This document shows, in pieces, positions 13,674 through 26,727 of a DNA stretch of 64,000 nt. The notes under the pieces are model-generated. The model was not told where the DNA came from. It was given only the letters and a program-made list of their open reading frames with translations, and did no database searches. Position 1 is the first letter of the stretch, and the number at the start of each line of letters is the position of its first letter. Position numbers and translations under genes: made by a program. The stretch spans positions 622,748-686,747 of the forward strand of contig NMRA01000186.1 in the NCBI GenBank assembly GCA_002633005.1, given 5' to 3'. This DNA comes from Phoronis australis. Taxonomy: Eukaryota; Animalia; Phoronida.

Positions 13674-14440
13674 ATGGCGTGTTTCAAGCCGAGCCTTGAA
13701 CCTGCCAGTGGGTGTCAACCGACAGTCACAGGTCGTATGTCAAAGGCTGATCTACAAAATCATCTGAAGGGATCCAAGGTACTGCATTGGGAGGACTTAT
13801 ACCGACATTTCTTTCGTAAGATTAGTGCCGACGAATTGGAATACACAATACCTACCATTTGTGATAAGCACTTAAAAGGAGGGTGCCACAAAGAAGGGAA
13901 GTGCCAGAGGCTTCACATATGTCCATATTTTGCAGTAGGTGGCGAATGTGGTCAAAATTGTTGTAAGTTTGGTCACAATTTCCTAGAACACCACAATAGC
14001 AAGTGTTTACGCATTACGGCAAGTGAAGGAATTACACATGTGCTGCAGTTTGCTTATAAAAACTGCAGGCTACAAAATACGTTGCCGAGAACGTGCAGGT
14101 ACTACAACTCCACATCAACAGGTTGCATTAAAAAGACGAGTTGTAGATTTTTACATGTGTGCGAACAGTATATAAACCAGACTTGTGAATCGGGAAATAG
14201 TTGCAACCGTTCACACAATATTTATGATGCCCAGCCAAAAACTATTTTGAAGAAATACAACGTTGACACTAATCGCTCGCCACAAGAAAATTTAGCTCAG
14301 CTTCGCCGATTTGAGATAGAAACAAAGGTTGGCACCGGGCACATTTCAAGTGCCCGTCAGAATAGTTCTGCAACAGATAAAGACGTGGAAATATGCATGT
14401 ACTTTTTAAATGGAAACTGCATCTTCGGAGACCATTGCAG
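13674..14440 (+). CDS. PARP12/ZC3HAV1(ZAP)-like protein, first coding exon: four CCCH fingers plus start of a fifth
   Basis: CDKHLKGGCHKEGKCQRLH, CPYFAVGGECGQNCCKFGH, CRYYNSTSTGCIKKTSCRFLH, CEQYINQTCESGNSCNRSH, then EICMYFLNGNCIFGDHC; gtaagg donor at 14441. Confidence 0.88.
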
Positions 14441-16551
14441 GTAAGGAATCAGTTGCCAGGCATGGCGCCCGGCCAAATTGATGCACTCCAGTAGAGGATG
14501 AAGGGAACTTTAATTTAAGGCACGTCTTCATGATGCTACATGTATGTTTCCCTACGCAAGCAAACAGTGTTAGATTTGGGAAGGGAGGGGGAGGGGGGTG
14601 ATTGGGGAACCACTTGAATTAGAATATCAAACAAATGACAATATTACTGATTCATAATTATGTCCCCTGCTAGAATCGGCCTTGTACCATTGCCAGTCTG
14701 CGGCCGTTAATTGTCGCATAGGCGCGGCCTCTGGTTCGTAGGCTATGATCGAGTGGCCGTGTTCAAGTGTCGATCGTCGTATTTTGGAAAACTTAATCCA
14801 AAATTCAAATTTCCCACTAGAATATTTTTTCATGCCCGTCCTTGTAGTTTACCCACTTAACTCGTATCTTGACAATTAAGTTGATTTCACCCGGCCAAAA
14901 CTGCCGACCGATCGAGATACTGCACAAACCGGAGAACTCCCCCAAGGGATATTAATCCGTTATTCAACTAAAAACAAACTTCCTCATTGCGTGCAGTGGC
15001 GGGTCTAGGATACCATAAGGGGCCCAACATATTGCTTCGGGTAATTGGGCAAAGGGCGATTGTATGTGCACAGTCGCGGGCCTGAAAGTTGCGGGGCTGA
15101 GGACAAGTTTGGACTTTCTGTTCAAATAATGTATCGGTGAACTAAAAAAAGGGGCCGGGACGCGATTCCGACACCTCATCCGCTACCGGTTCTAGTTGCT
15201 AACCTCAATATTTCCTCACGAAATCGGACTACATCGACTGTTGGCTATTAGAATTCCATATATCAGACTTACATGTACCATACCTTCACAGCTTACAGGT
15301 GCGGGTCCTTAGATACTGCACGTCCCAATAAGTGCATATGCAGAGAAGTGCCATAGTTGTTTTTCAATCCCCAGCCCTGTAAACAAACTATACACACGTC
15401 ATCACTAACCCATCTTTGTCTACGAATTCGCACCTAGTAACAATTTTGTTAAGTAACCGCGGTAAAACAGTGAAGTTCCCGCAGCTGTCCAAGAGGCATA
15501 TACCGTCATCATGTGCCGACAAAGATTTTTGGGAGGTATTTTTGGTATTTTCTTCTTATAATTGCTGCCCTTAAAAAGATAAAATAACTACTTTTGTTGG
15601 AAAACTCTGCGGTTTCATTCTGTGGAAACTTGGGGACAAGCTGTCATGTTCATTGCAGCGCACAGTTCAGGTAGGATGTTACTAGAGAGATTAAATTATT
15701 TATCGTTATGACCACCCAAAACAGTTACACCTTTGGGGGAAAAGGAAAATGAACCATAGTTACCGAAAAGCAACCTCTCATTAAATTGATTGTTGAAATC
15801 CTTTTTGAAATGGAACACGATAAACCATTTTATGGTTTAATCATATTTCCCGGTTTACTGATGAAAATCAGTGCAATTTTCCTCGAATTTTGGCGTCTTT
15901 TACACAAAATTTTGGTTACGTCGTACGCTTCTTTCTATTCTTAACTGAATGCCTCATGCGTTTGCTGTGAAAGAGAAGAAAAATTAAGGATTCACCGACT
16001 TTTTGAGATATTTTAGCTCAAACGTTACACAGGAAAGCGCTCACACAACCTCCTTCTGCATTTAGTGGTTATGTTGCTATGGATACGAAGGCATTGTCTA
16101 CACTAGTGTTAGTAGCTATGCTCGTGTCCATTATGACGTATTGTAAAATTTGGCGATGCTTCAGAAACAAAAGGCGCAATGCAAAATTAATATTTCTTTT
16201 TAAATTAAGTGTTCTTTTATTTCAGAGATCGAACATAACAAATGTGTGTGAGGAGTTAGTCAATTTCGTAAAACAACGGACTTCTTTAATGCCTCGGTCA
16301 CATAAAACTTCCGAAACCAACCCAATGAGTCTACAGCAGCGACATTGTTAAACATCAGCCAACACTCGGTCGATTATCCTACATGAGAGCCGAGCGGGAG
16401 TCGGCATTAACGATCACCAAACGCCTGTTATTGATCCAATGATATACCCCGATTATGCTTGGCATAATCCAATGCGATAGAACTCAGTTGGTCCAGCATC
16501 GTCCTATATGTGACTCTAGGCATATGTTCACGAAAACAACAACGGATTTAA

Positions 16552-16599
16552 AACTTGACATGTTTCGGTGTCATTTATTAAACACCATCCTCAGAAGTC
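16552..16599 (-). ncRNA. Mirror copy of the hammerhead ribozyme motif
   Basis: Reverse complement of 17106-17153. Confidence 0.68.
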
Positions 16600-17105
16600 A
16601 TAATACAGTGGCCACCTAGCTAGGCCCAGCAACAAGTAATGAAGCACAGATACAGTCAGTTACAGGGAGTGACAATGAACTATACCAACAATGACAACCT
16701 GTGGTGTGTCAGTTGCCTATTGAGATTGGGCTTGCACCAACTGATATGTAAAGCCTCACGAATTTTAAGCTCCTTTGTTGTTACTGCCTGGTCTATTATT
16801 GCAAAGTCATTGAAAGAGCNNNNNNNNNNNNNNNNTTCACATGTAAATATTCACCTGCAGAGCTCCAATCATTGTTATCAGCAGTGCTCTTTCAATGACT
16901 TTGCAATAATAGACCAGGCAGTAACAACAAAGGAGCTTAAAATTCGTGAGGCTTTACATATCAGTTGGTGCAAGCCCAATCTCAATAGGCAACTGACACA
17001 CCACAGGTTGTCATTGTTGGTATAGTTCATTGTCACTCCCTGTAATTGACTGTATCTGTGCTTCATTACTTGTTGCTGGGCCTAGCTAGGTGGCCACTGT
17101 ATTAT

Positions 17106-17153
17106 GACTTCTGAGGATGGTGTTTAATAAATGACACCGAAACATGTCAAGTT
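17106..17153 (+). ncRNA. Minimal type I hammerhead ribozyme motif in Penelope pLTR
   Basis: gactt-CTGAGGA-t-ggtgt[loop]acacc-GAAA-catg-TC-aagtt: core boxes, stems I and II, palindromic stem III (ACATGT). Confidence 0.7.
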
Positions 17154-17443
17154 TTAAATCCGTTGTTGTTTTCGTGAACATATGCTGTTACTTGCTATCA
17201 TGGAGACTCTAGGCATAGAATAGAAATTAAATTGGTTTTATTTGTTCAGCAGTTTATTCGCTTTTGATTTGCCCTAATGACAGTGTTATTTTACGTTGAC
17301 GCGGTATTTCGTAGCCCCTTAGCTGAAGTAATTTGATAATCTACACAAATGCACAAAAACCACTGGACGCCTTGCACCTCTGTTTACATGTACGTGTCCT
17401 ATTTATTTATAGGCGTATCGCAAATGCTGCATATTGGTCAGAC

Positions 17444-17852
17444 CATAGACATCAAATTAAATGACAAATTTGCGCGATCTTAGTGGTTTCTCTTAAAAAA
17501 CGAAAAAATAAAACGCTCGCAGTGGATTGACAGGCGTGCAGCCGCTCAGGCCACTCGAAAACCTGCCACTGGTTGCGATCTCCTAACAGTTTGGTATTTT
17601 CCCTGTCGACTGATTAATTCTTAAAAAAGCCATGTAAGTGCTGCATCATATGTTTTGTATGTTTCTTGTAGAAAAATCGCACTCTTCGGCCTATTTATTT
17701 GTTAGATATCGCGCTTTGAAAAGGACAATTTACCTCGTTCGTTTACACAGCAATTAGCCGTGTCACGTGACTAGTAGCACTCTCCAATATGGCGTCAAGT
17801 CAGCTGCAGTAGCGCGTGCGCCCGATTTATAGTATTTTAAAAGATGTCTATG
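17444..17852. mobile_element. 409-bp MITE, P/hAT-type
   Basis: TIR CATAGACATC / GATGTCTATG; perfect 8-bp TSD ggtcagac (17436-17443, 17853-17860). Confidence 0.85.
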
Positions 17853-17988
17853 GGTCAGACAATTGAAAAATATTGGCGGTTGCAAACGACCAGTTTTATC
17901 CAACCAAGTGGCCGTCAATGCATTGTCCGGCCATTCGGCTACTGTAAATTAGCTACCCTCATGTGACTTCGCTCTGTATATTTCCAAG

Positions 17989-18129
17989 AAATCTTCACGA
18001 TAAGACAAAGTACAGACGGCAATATAAAGAGGAAGAATGGACATCATTTACTGATGGAGATAACGACTGCCTCGAGAGTGCTTTTCGTGATCCTCAGCGT
18101 GACCATCACAGGGTGACATTGAGTACCGG
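17989..18129 (+). CDS. PARP12/ZAP-like exon 2: end of fifth CCCH and start of WWE
   Basis: In frame (R)NLHDKTKYRRQYKEEEWTSFTDGDNDCLESAFRDP supplies the finger His and a WWE-like YxWQ..W......LE.AF.DP pattern; donor position slightly uncertain. Confidence 0.8.
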
Positions 18130-20871
18130 GTAATTAAAGCGATTGATTTTGTGCTACTTAATTCTAGTAGCCTACAATTTGGACTTCCATTCTTGTCTTT
18201 GTAAAAAATATTAAAGTACACAGTGTATTTAAAAACACTCAGAGCGACAGATCTAGGGAAGAATTTTGACAAATATCTGGCACGTGACGTCTGGAAAAAA
18301 TATGACATCATCAAGTGCACTGAGTCTCTCAAGCCAAGACCCTCTGATACACTAGATCATTCGTGTACTCTAATAATAAGAACTTCCATATTGTGTCATC
18401 GCTGCTTCATTCACAATAATTGGCTTACAGAATTTGAATTCAATTAGTGGCATGATCGAAACATTTCGATTAGCGTATCTAAGTGAAAAACTAAATTGTG
18501 AGCTCTGAACACGCGCCTGTGTACCTGACGTGCTTGTTTGACTCTATATCCACATGCATTTCTAGAGCGACAAAATCACCTGCACATGTTGATTTTGTCT
18601 GCATGACGTTGACTACTGCACCCGTCGGCCACCGTATATGGGATTTTCTATTCTGATTCGAGAAAGGCACAAAAACACAACTAATTTTTCGTAAGATTGT
18701 TGATCACATAACTATTCTCCACGCGTCCCACATGATTTTCCTTTCAATTCCATGTCTGAATGCGATGTCAAAGAAAGGACGCTAAATATCACAGAAATAT
18801 TTGTTGCCTCTGTAGGCAAACAGGAGTGTTCCCTATACTTGTTTAGTATTGCAAAAATACTCTAGGTCAGTAGCTCTTTCATACTCGAGAACGTGTTCGG
18901 CACATGACGTGGCATGGCACGCTGACTTCTAGAGCATGCTGACAGTCTCCGGCAATACCGCACTGTTAATACTGTCAAAACTAAAAAACCAATAGCAATT
19001 TCCCAACGGAACGTTGTAGAAATCAAAAATTGATTCCTGTGATGAAAAACGGGTTTATAGTCGCTTGAAAATAGAAGAATTGTTCATGTAGAAAACGACG
19101 TCTTATGTTTTTGGAGCTCAGATCTCATTTGGGATATCATTTCTGCTGTCCATGAAGTTTTCATGACGTTTCACATTCTCATGCTTCCCTCTTTAGTACA
19201 TGTAAGTTCATATAATTACTGACCTGTGTGTTAAAACACGCTATGGCTACACAAATACGACAGTCAGGCGGGACACAGAGTTTCTGCAACACTGGCGGTG
19301 AGTCAGGAGGAAGTCTCTCACTTAACTTGGAGTGAGCTCTGAATTAATGGCAGAGTTTGAAAAATACGTCAGACGCATTTGGTAGATGTCATGATCGGGC
19401 TCAAGCACTATCCACAATAAGTCTACATTTTCTCGGAAAGCATCCCGAAGAAAACAGAATTGATCACTGACTAATACTAATTAAACGATCTTGTTTCCCG
19501 TATGTGTAAGATAATCTCAGAGCAAGTATTGAATGTCGCAAGTAGACGCTCACCAATATTCTCACCTTCCTTGACTTTATCTCAACTTTTCTCATACTCA
19601 TTTTACGAAAGCCAAGATGGGTATGGCAGACTGTGATTTATGTTGAATTTCGTCTGGCGATTTTATCAGAACATTTTACTAGAAACGTTATATACAATAC
19701 TTACTTCCTAAGCTCTCAATAGATCTTTATGGGGAATAATATTTTGAGAAACATTTGGTGTCACGAGACAAAAATGTGGGACGGAAGCCTATCTCAACTC
19801 CCGTGCTAGCTCAATGGTTGACTGGACTGCCGCACTTATCCCGGTCAGTCCTTCATCACCTACGGAAATAGAGCTACGTTTTATCAGCAACTCCTTCAGC
19901 TGGCTTAAGATGCAATTTGTGCCTCTCTGTTGAAATTTGCATCCCTTCTAAGACTTACCTTTGATCCTCTTGTCATTGTAGCTTCTGTTATCATGCTTCA
20001 AGTCATCATATCTCAGAAATACACTCTTCCGAGCACAGGAATCAAAACCATCCTTTTCACATTTAGGCACGTGTTTCCCGTATTTTCAAAGTTGCTACAA
20101 CAAGTTCCTTCTGTCAAAAGGAGTAACATTCAGTACAGCTGCTGACGTTCATGTGCTCTGTTTTCGTAAAGATGCGGCAATAAAGAAACATCGTTCTAAG
20201 TCATTTTTCTGGTGAGATTGTGTGACTAACGGGCCGGTCAGCATGTCAAGCTGCAGCCTCAGCTCGGGTAAATCAACCTAATTAGAGTCTTTAAGGTTAT
20301 GTAGGACCCTAAAACAATATCCGAATTTAGAATATCATCTCTATTTTAGGAATGAAACTTTCAGATAACTATTCTTTATGCAAGTATCTCCAAAAAATAA
20401 AGGAATAACTTTCAAAATGATCCACTTTTGCAAAAGGAATTATCGCGAAAAATAGAATTCTACAATGTTTATGAATAAACTCAAGAGTTGCATAAAATTG
20501 AAATCGAAATGATAATTACTTTGCGAGTGCAAGCGCATAGTACTGTTGTTGGAAAGCTATAATGGTGTTTTTGAGATTTCATCTTGAACAGTGATATTAA
20601 AGGGCATGTTGTTATGTTATTCCTGTCGTTTGCTGTGGATATACCCTTTTTGCTTGATTTTGCTAAAAGGACATCATCAAGTGACCATGTCCTTTTAGCA
20701 AAATTAAGCAAAATCAATGGATGATTGGTGTAAATACACAAATCAAGCTCTACAGGCTTTCATCGCGTGCTTATCAGGTAGCCCTGAAATGTTACCTTCA
20801 GCGATTTGTGAATAGAAACTTCAAGAGCATTTAAATGACAGAACTATTTAGTAACTTCACATTTTTCACAG

Positions 20872-20940
20872 ATCCAAGACAGAGAGAGAAGTTCGTCGAC
20901 GTCCAATAGATGTCCAAAGCAGTGATGCTGACAATCTCCG
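20872..20940 (+). CDS. PARP12/ZAP-like exon: WWE C-terminal strand
   Basis: ttttcacag acceptor, gtaagt donor; SKTEREVRRRP is the typical T.R.VRRRP end of a WWE domain. Confidence 0.75.
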
Positions 20941-22106
20941 GTAAGTAAATAAGTAAATATACTTGTTTTTTAACTGTTGGCTAGTCATGTCTTTTAAGAA
21001 GTAGCGTTGGTGGAAACCCAGAAATAATAAACTTGACCTTGCGTCGCTTTGTCCAAATGCAAGCCTGGTTGTTGGTTTCTCTGAGTGGTTAGCTGTCATT
21101 TCATCCAAGGGACTACCCATGTGTTTGCCTGTGTATCAATCTGCCTTTCACCTCTTATCAGTTGCCTTGCCCGTTTCCCTTTCTTGGTCGTTGCACGTAT
21201 TAAGTGGTTGGCCTACCTATCGCTGCTGCACCTTACTCTTTAAATGGTGTACCCGAGGAAGGACATTTGGGTATGCCTTTTTACCAGGTTCGACAAGGAG
21301 TTCTTTTCACCAATTGGCCTGTTGTGTTGACAGGTGTGTGAGGTACGGGTGGACCTTTTTATCGACACGTTTGTGATGGGAACGGGGTGACTTTGTGGTT
21401 GTTCTTTTTAGAATAAGAGTGAATACACAACGAGAACAAGTGGAAGTCGAGGATTTTTTCAAGCGTTTACTTTTTTCAGATTCCAAGAATTGTTTATCAA
21501 ATCATTACTCCCTGAGCACTGGGAAGACATCAAGTGCGATGATGACTTTAAACTTGTTCTTAGATATATTAGCACATCGATTGAAACCCTTTGTCACAAC
21601 AATCTTTTCATATGGCCCCATGGAATTCAATTAGTATTAAAACAATGGAAACCTTAATTTTTGCTCCGCAAACGAATGCGCATTCTATCTGCCTTCATGT
21701 CCTTTGCCTTTAAAAGTGACTTCTCTCTATCTCAGTCTATGTTCACTGCCAAGAACCATAAATCTGGCTTGCTTTTCTGCCAGAAACGCATTTCGGGATT
21801 AGTGGTGGATAAAATACTAACATTATTTTTTGAAGTAATAAACTGTGACCAGAGTTATACAACAACAAAATCAGTTGTACCTTTGTGATTTTATTGTATG
21901 TCCTCAATGCTCGCCATTGTCTGTCAAATACTATCAGACACCAAGGCCGGCGATTGTGTACCAGCAGTGGGTTTGACTACGACCCCGAAAAACGGTTCTA
22001 AGGTCGAAGCCGCCCTATGCTCTCAGATGACTTTTCTGGTCGATATTGTCATTTTAATGCCGTTATTAAAATAGAAATGTCTCAATATGTTATGTTATTT
22101 TTATAG

Positions 22107-22237
22107 ATAGAACCCTCTGGGAAAACGGGGCAAGAGTATAAAGAAGTTGAAAAAATCTTCCTGTAGACATTGCCTTACCGCAAGGTCACTAAGATCGAAC
22201 GAATACAGAATCAGGTTCTGTGGGAGAAATATTCACT
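22107..22237 (+). pseudogene. Disrupted first exon of the PARP (ART) catalytic domain
   Basis: IEPSGKTGQEYKEVEKIFL*TLPYRKVTKIERIQNQVLWEKYS matches the PARP EY..V...F..T....I.RIQN..LW..Y motif; in-frame TAG at 22164-22166; no downstream FHGT exon recognised. Confidence 0.75.
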
Positions 22238-23019
22238 GTAAGCAAATTATATTTATGATCGACATATGTCCTGAACGATATATAATAGTTCGTGCGCCAA
22301 AAAGCTCGTTACCATTACACTGACACATGGGCAGTCACGGGCGGATCCAGGATTTTAAGTTAGGGGGGACCATTTCAGATTATTAGCCAGGATTTTGCCC
22401 GTCAGGCAGGCGCACCCATATCTGACAGATGTAAACTGGGAGAATTTTAGGGGGGGGAGAGCATGGCCCCCCCTGCCCCCCTGAATCCGCCAATGAATGT
22501 GGGCTATAAAAGATGAGAGATAATGCTCGTGTGTGAAGGAGACCCATCTTGCTGAAACCGTAATTGTTTCCAGGATAAAGTCGCCTACAATCCGGGGAAG
22601 ATTTTCATCCAATATCTGCATATCGCGTTGACTTTTAACTTTGGCTCTATCAGTGTCAATAAAATGAATAATTTTTTTCGTTCCAGGGGAAACCATTACT
22701 TTTTTGGAAAATCTGGAAATTTCATGAGAGAGTCAAAAAGGGTGAATTTCTCGTTTTTGTTTCCCATCAACACGATCGTTTTGGCGAAAGTTTTTTTTCA
22801 TTAACGAAAATATTTCTTTTCACATCAGCGGCGGAATAGCGCCTTCGAAATTTTCTTTCCCTTCTAACATTTTTATCTCTCTATGAAACCCACATTCTTT
22901 TGAAGGGTTTTAACTCCATTCTTTGAAAGAAGGCTTGCTCACTTGTAAATCCCTTGCGACTTCTCTCAGAGATTTGTCATTCCCCGGGTGGTCCTCCTGG
23001 GATTGAATCAGTCCCCCAA

Positions 23020-24740
23020 AATAAATATGGCCACTTGATGACACAAAAACGTACAATCCAACCGAAAATGGGAAAATGTCATAGCTTCTTTAATAGAAAA
23101 CTATTCACCAAATTTCATAGAAATCTGTCACGGAACTTCAGTGAAACAAAGGAAAACAGAATAAAATGAAAACTGCCGCTAGGGGACACAGTCTTCATTG
23201 GATCCGCCTGAAAGTCGTTATTGTTTGTTGTTAGCTTCATATAGATGCACTTACTAAATTTAATAAAGACCCAGCAGTGGGTTTAAGAGATACAGCTATG
23301 TGCGCAAAACAAAACAAAACTACCATTGGAGGCGCCACAGTAGTCAAAGTCGTCATCGTCAACCATCCTCTTCACACAGAGAACATAAACGCCAATTTTC
23401 AAAAACATCCTTAGAATAATTTGGTTAATAGATAGGTGGACGCCAAAAAAACAGACTCGAAAACAGCAAAAATGGCCACTAGATGGCGCAAAATACCTCC
23501 ATTCTATACAAAAACTGGAGGATAGCCTCATCTCATCAACAGGTGCCTGTATTCAAAATTTTATGATAATCCGTTGAGGACCCTTAAAGATAGAGACGTT
23601 AACGTAAAATCTAAAATTGCCACCAGGGGGCACACCAGTAGTCAGATCTGTCGGAAAGTCGTCGTTGTTCTTCGTCAAAATCATATAAATACACTTATTA
23701 AATTTAGTAAAAATCCTGAAAACGGCTTAAGAGATACAGCCATGGGCGCAAAAAAACGAAACTGCCACTAGGAGGCTCCGCAGTAGCTGAAGTCATCGGA
23801 AAATCATCTTCAGCCGTCCATTTTATAGTAAAAACATACATACTAATTTTCACAATTATCCTGAAAGCAATTCGGTCGATAGAGGGGTGGATGCCAAAAA
23901 CCAGACTCGAAAACAATAAAAAACGCCACGAATCCATCTGAAAACGGAAAGATAGCGTCACCACCCTGAGAAGCCTGCACGTCAAATTTTTTGAAAACAC
24001 GTTGAGGACCTTTGACGATACAGAGGTTAACGTAAGAAAAATAAAATTGCCACCAGGGGGCACACAAGTTATCAAATCGGTCTGAAAGTCGTCTCTTGCC
24101 AACATCATATAAATGCACTTACTCAGTAAATTTAGCAAATATCCTGCAGACGGTCGGAGATACAGCCATAGGCGCAAAAAACTAAACTGCCACTAGGGTG
24201 CTCCACAGTTGTCGAAATCGTCGGAAAATCATCGCCAGCCGTCCTCTTCATAGTAAGAACATACATGCCAATATTTCTACAACCATCCTGTGAGCGGTTT
24301 GGTTGATAGAGTGGTGGACGACTCGAAAACAGTAAAAATGGCCACTAGGTAGCGCAAACTACGTCGAATCCATGCGGTAACGAGCAATGAGCTATATACA
24401 TAGTTATATTTATCTCATTGGTAACGAGAGGATGTCGTCGTTTCACTAATAGATGCCTTTATACCAAATTTCATGAAAATACCTTTAGGACAATTGAAGA
24501 TACAGAGGTAAACGTAACAAATAAAATTGCCACTAGGGGGCACACTGGTAGTCGGATCCGTCCGAATGTTCGCTCATACCGTCACGTCTATGAAAGAAAC
24601 ATATGTGTAAAATTTCATGAGTAACGTCCATCGGTTTTGGAGATAGAGCAGCGGACGCCGGACGGACGTCGCCCGTACGGACGGACGAACGCAGACGACG
24701 GCATAATGCGTCCAAAAATAAATATGTGGGCGCATGAAAA
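23020..24740 (-). mobile_element. Copy of the same Helentron-type family, one end missing
   Basis: Same internal units; ggacggacg-type microsatellite then atatgtgggcgcatgaaaa terminus. Confidence 0.8.
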
Positions 24741-25521
24741 CAGTAGACTTGAGACCCAGGAAGGCAATTTTTTTGGCTGACAGATGCCAGTACAGCGTGA
24801 ACACAATGAAAGCCACAGTGATATTGCATTTTTCACCCCGCTGTTTTGAATTTCACATTAGTTCTACAATTTTTTATATTTCTCTGAAGTACTTTGTATA
24901 CTTGTTGAAGAAACCCTGAAGATATATTGGGAAATTTTTAACATATTCGGTTGGTCATTTGCTGAGAAATTACTTGTCAAAAATCACTTATTGGGACACA
25001 TGGTGTTGTGATAAAACATAGAAAGTAACAATAAATATTCAGTGCCTCCGAAATCTCCTACCGAGTTCCTATCAACACCACTATAGGTGCCCTCGGCACT
25101 GATAGAGAATTGATAAAATTTGGTGGTAGTGCGGAAAGTAATCTACATCTCTTCTGGGCAGTCAAAACTGCCTATCAATGTTGATGCAAAATTTTTGCAG
25201 AAAATCACACTTCGCCGTAGCCAGTCAGTCAGCTGTATGAATATTAATTTCAAAACATGTGTTTATTTACAGTTTTGCATCAAGGCTAACTGCCATAAAG
25301 ATTAGTTTACATTGTCTATGTTTTTAACTTAACAGGTATCGCTCGTCCGATCATATACGCATAACACACTTTACGAACCGTCCAGTTCATATTGCAAACA
25401 TCACTTTCCTTTTACGATAATCAGCTTAACCAACTTTGAACATTTCCAAACGCAAATCCAGCCAACAATGAAATAAACTAGTTGTTAGATGCAACTGCGT
25501 GTTCTGTCTACATCTCTTTTA

Positions 25522-26727
25522 CTAATTCTCAAGTGGCAGCTTTTCGTTTGTGCTCTTCGCGCTCATCCCAATCTGTTCCACGAGTTGCCACACGTACCTC
25601 GATTTATCCTGCACCATCTCGACTACCTCTCGACAGCACATCTGTTTAGCATTGTGATACTCGTACAGGTGCATCTCTCGCTCAGACATGTTCAAATACT
25701 GCTGCCACTGGTGCTTCAATACTTCCCAGCATTCTGTTAATGTCTCGTCCATTATCTTCTTTTGTTGTTTGCTCGTGTAGGGAACCTCTTCCGAAGAAAG
25801 ACAGGCGAAAGGAAGTGGAGACTGGAAATCTTGGAAACTCTCAGACTTAGGCTCTCGACAGCAAGATTCAAGCTCGATATCACCAAAATGGATATCCATT
25901 ACTTTGCTTTGCTTTGAAGCCGGCGTTTTTTTGCCGGCTTTAGAGAACTGTTGGCGGTTACGTTCGGGCTTACCGTCCGTCTGGATTGTGTCTAGTTTAA
26001 CACGAACAGTGCCTTTGACCACTTCAAGTTTGGGAGAATCGACATTCTGTTCATGGCGTTGAAAATTCTTTTGTGGAGGGTTTTCAGATATCGGCTGAAA
26101 CGAAGTCATGTTAAATGTTTGTTGCAACCCTTGCTGTATTGTATTAGGATTAGGAATGAACACGGTTGTAATTTTATCGACGTCTTTTGGTGATTTTTCA
26201 GTTGATCTTCTCTGTGCCACAATGTCGGTCGGTATTCGTGAAACTGTGGGGCGAACACAGGGCTGAATATTTTTACTTCGCTTTGTAATTCCTAAACTGG
26301 ACGCATTCAAAGAATGCGTAGGCGGTGTGTACGGGGATCTTGGCGGAAGAAGTCGAATCACGGAAGACTTCGGCAACCGCTGTGTTGTCAAAGAAAGGGA
26401 AGATTTGGAAAATGGTGTCTTCAATGCTTCTTTAAAACCTGTGTATTCTGTGTAGTCCGGACAACTATTCGAGTTACTGAAAGCTTTTTGTGTCACGCGT
26501 GAGACAAGTATCTGATCGCTGGGAACAAAAACAGATTCATCCGAGAAAAATGGTACAGCGCACGAACCCTCATTAGATGCAGACGTTCTGCTTGTCGGGT
26601 AGTCGTTTCGTTCGTCGTTGTTACCGTTGTTGTAATCACTGTCTCCTCCTTTAGCAAGAATGTCCAGTATCTCTTGAACAGACTGATAAGTTTCTGCATC
26701 AGATATACCTCTGTTCTCACAAGACAT
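25522..26727 (-). CDS. Intronless uncharacterised 401-aa protein (S/P/T-rich middle, helical-looking C-terminus)
   Basis: 1206-nt stop-free ORF in non-repetitive sequence; AATAAA on the minus strand near 25263-25268; no domain recognised. Confidence 0.7.
   Translation of the reverse strand: MSCENRGISDAETYQSVQEILDILAKGGDSDYNNGNNDERNDYPTSRTSASNEGSCAVPFFSDESVFVPSDQILVSRVTQKAFSNSNSCPDYTEYTGFKEALKTPFSKSSLSLTTQRLPKSSVIRLLPPRSPYTPPTHSLNASSLGITKRSKNIQPCVRPTVSRIPTDIVAQRRSTEKSPKDVDKITTVFIPNPNTIQQGLQQTFNMTSFQPISENPPQKNFQRHEQNVDSPKLEVVKGTVRVKLDTIQTDGKPERNRQQFSKAGKKTPASKQSKVMDIHFGDIELESCCREPKSESFQDFQSPLPFACLSSEEVPYTSKQQKKIMDETLTECWEVLKHQWQQYLNMSEREMHLYEYHNAKQMCCREVVEMVQDKSRYVWQLVEQIGMSAKSTNEKLPLEN

Larger units (their letters stand above)
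16520..17204. mobile_element. Penelope-like retroelement 3' fragments in inverted arrangement across an N gap
   Basis: GIY-YIG C-terminus FAIIDQAVTTKELKIREALHISWCKPNLNRQ; arms 16520-16819 and 16886-17185; flanking direct repeat gactctaggcata (16512-16524, 17205-17217). Confidence 0.85.

Noticed and set aside
14627-14833. WWE-like peptide DWQWYKADS
   Set aside because: Opposite strand to the PARP12-like gene, no splice support; a better WWE exon lies at 17989
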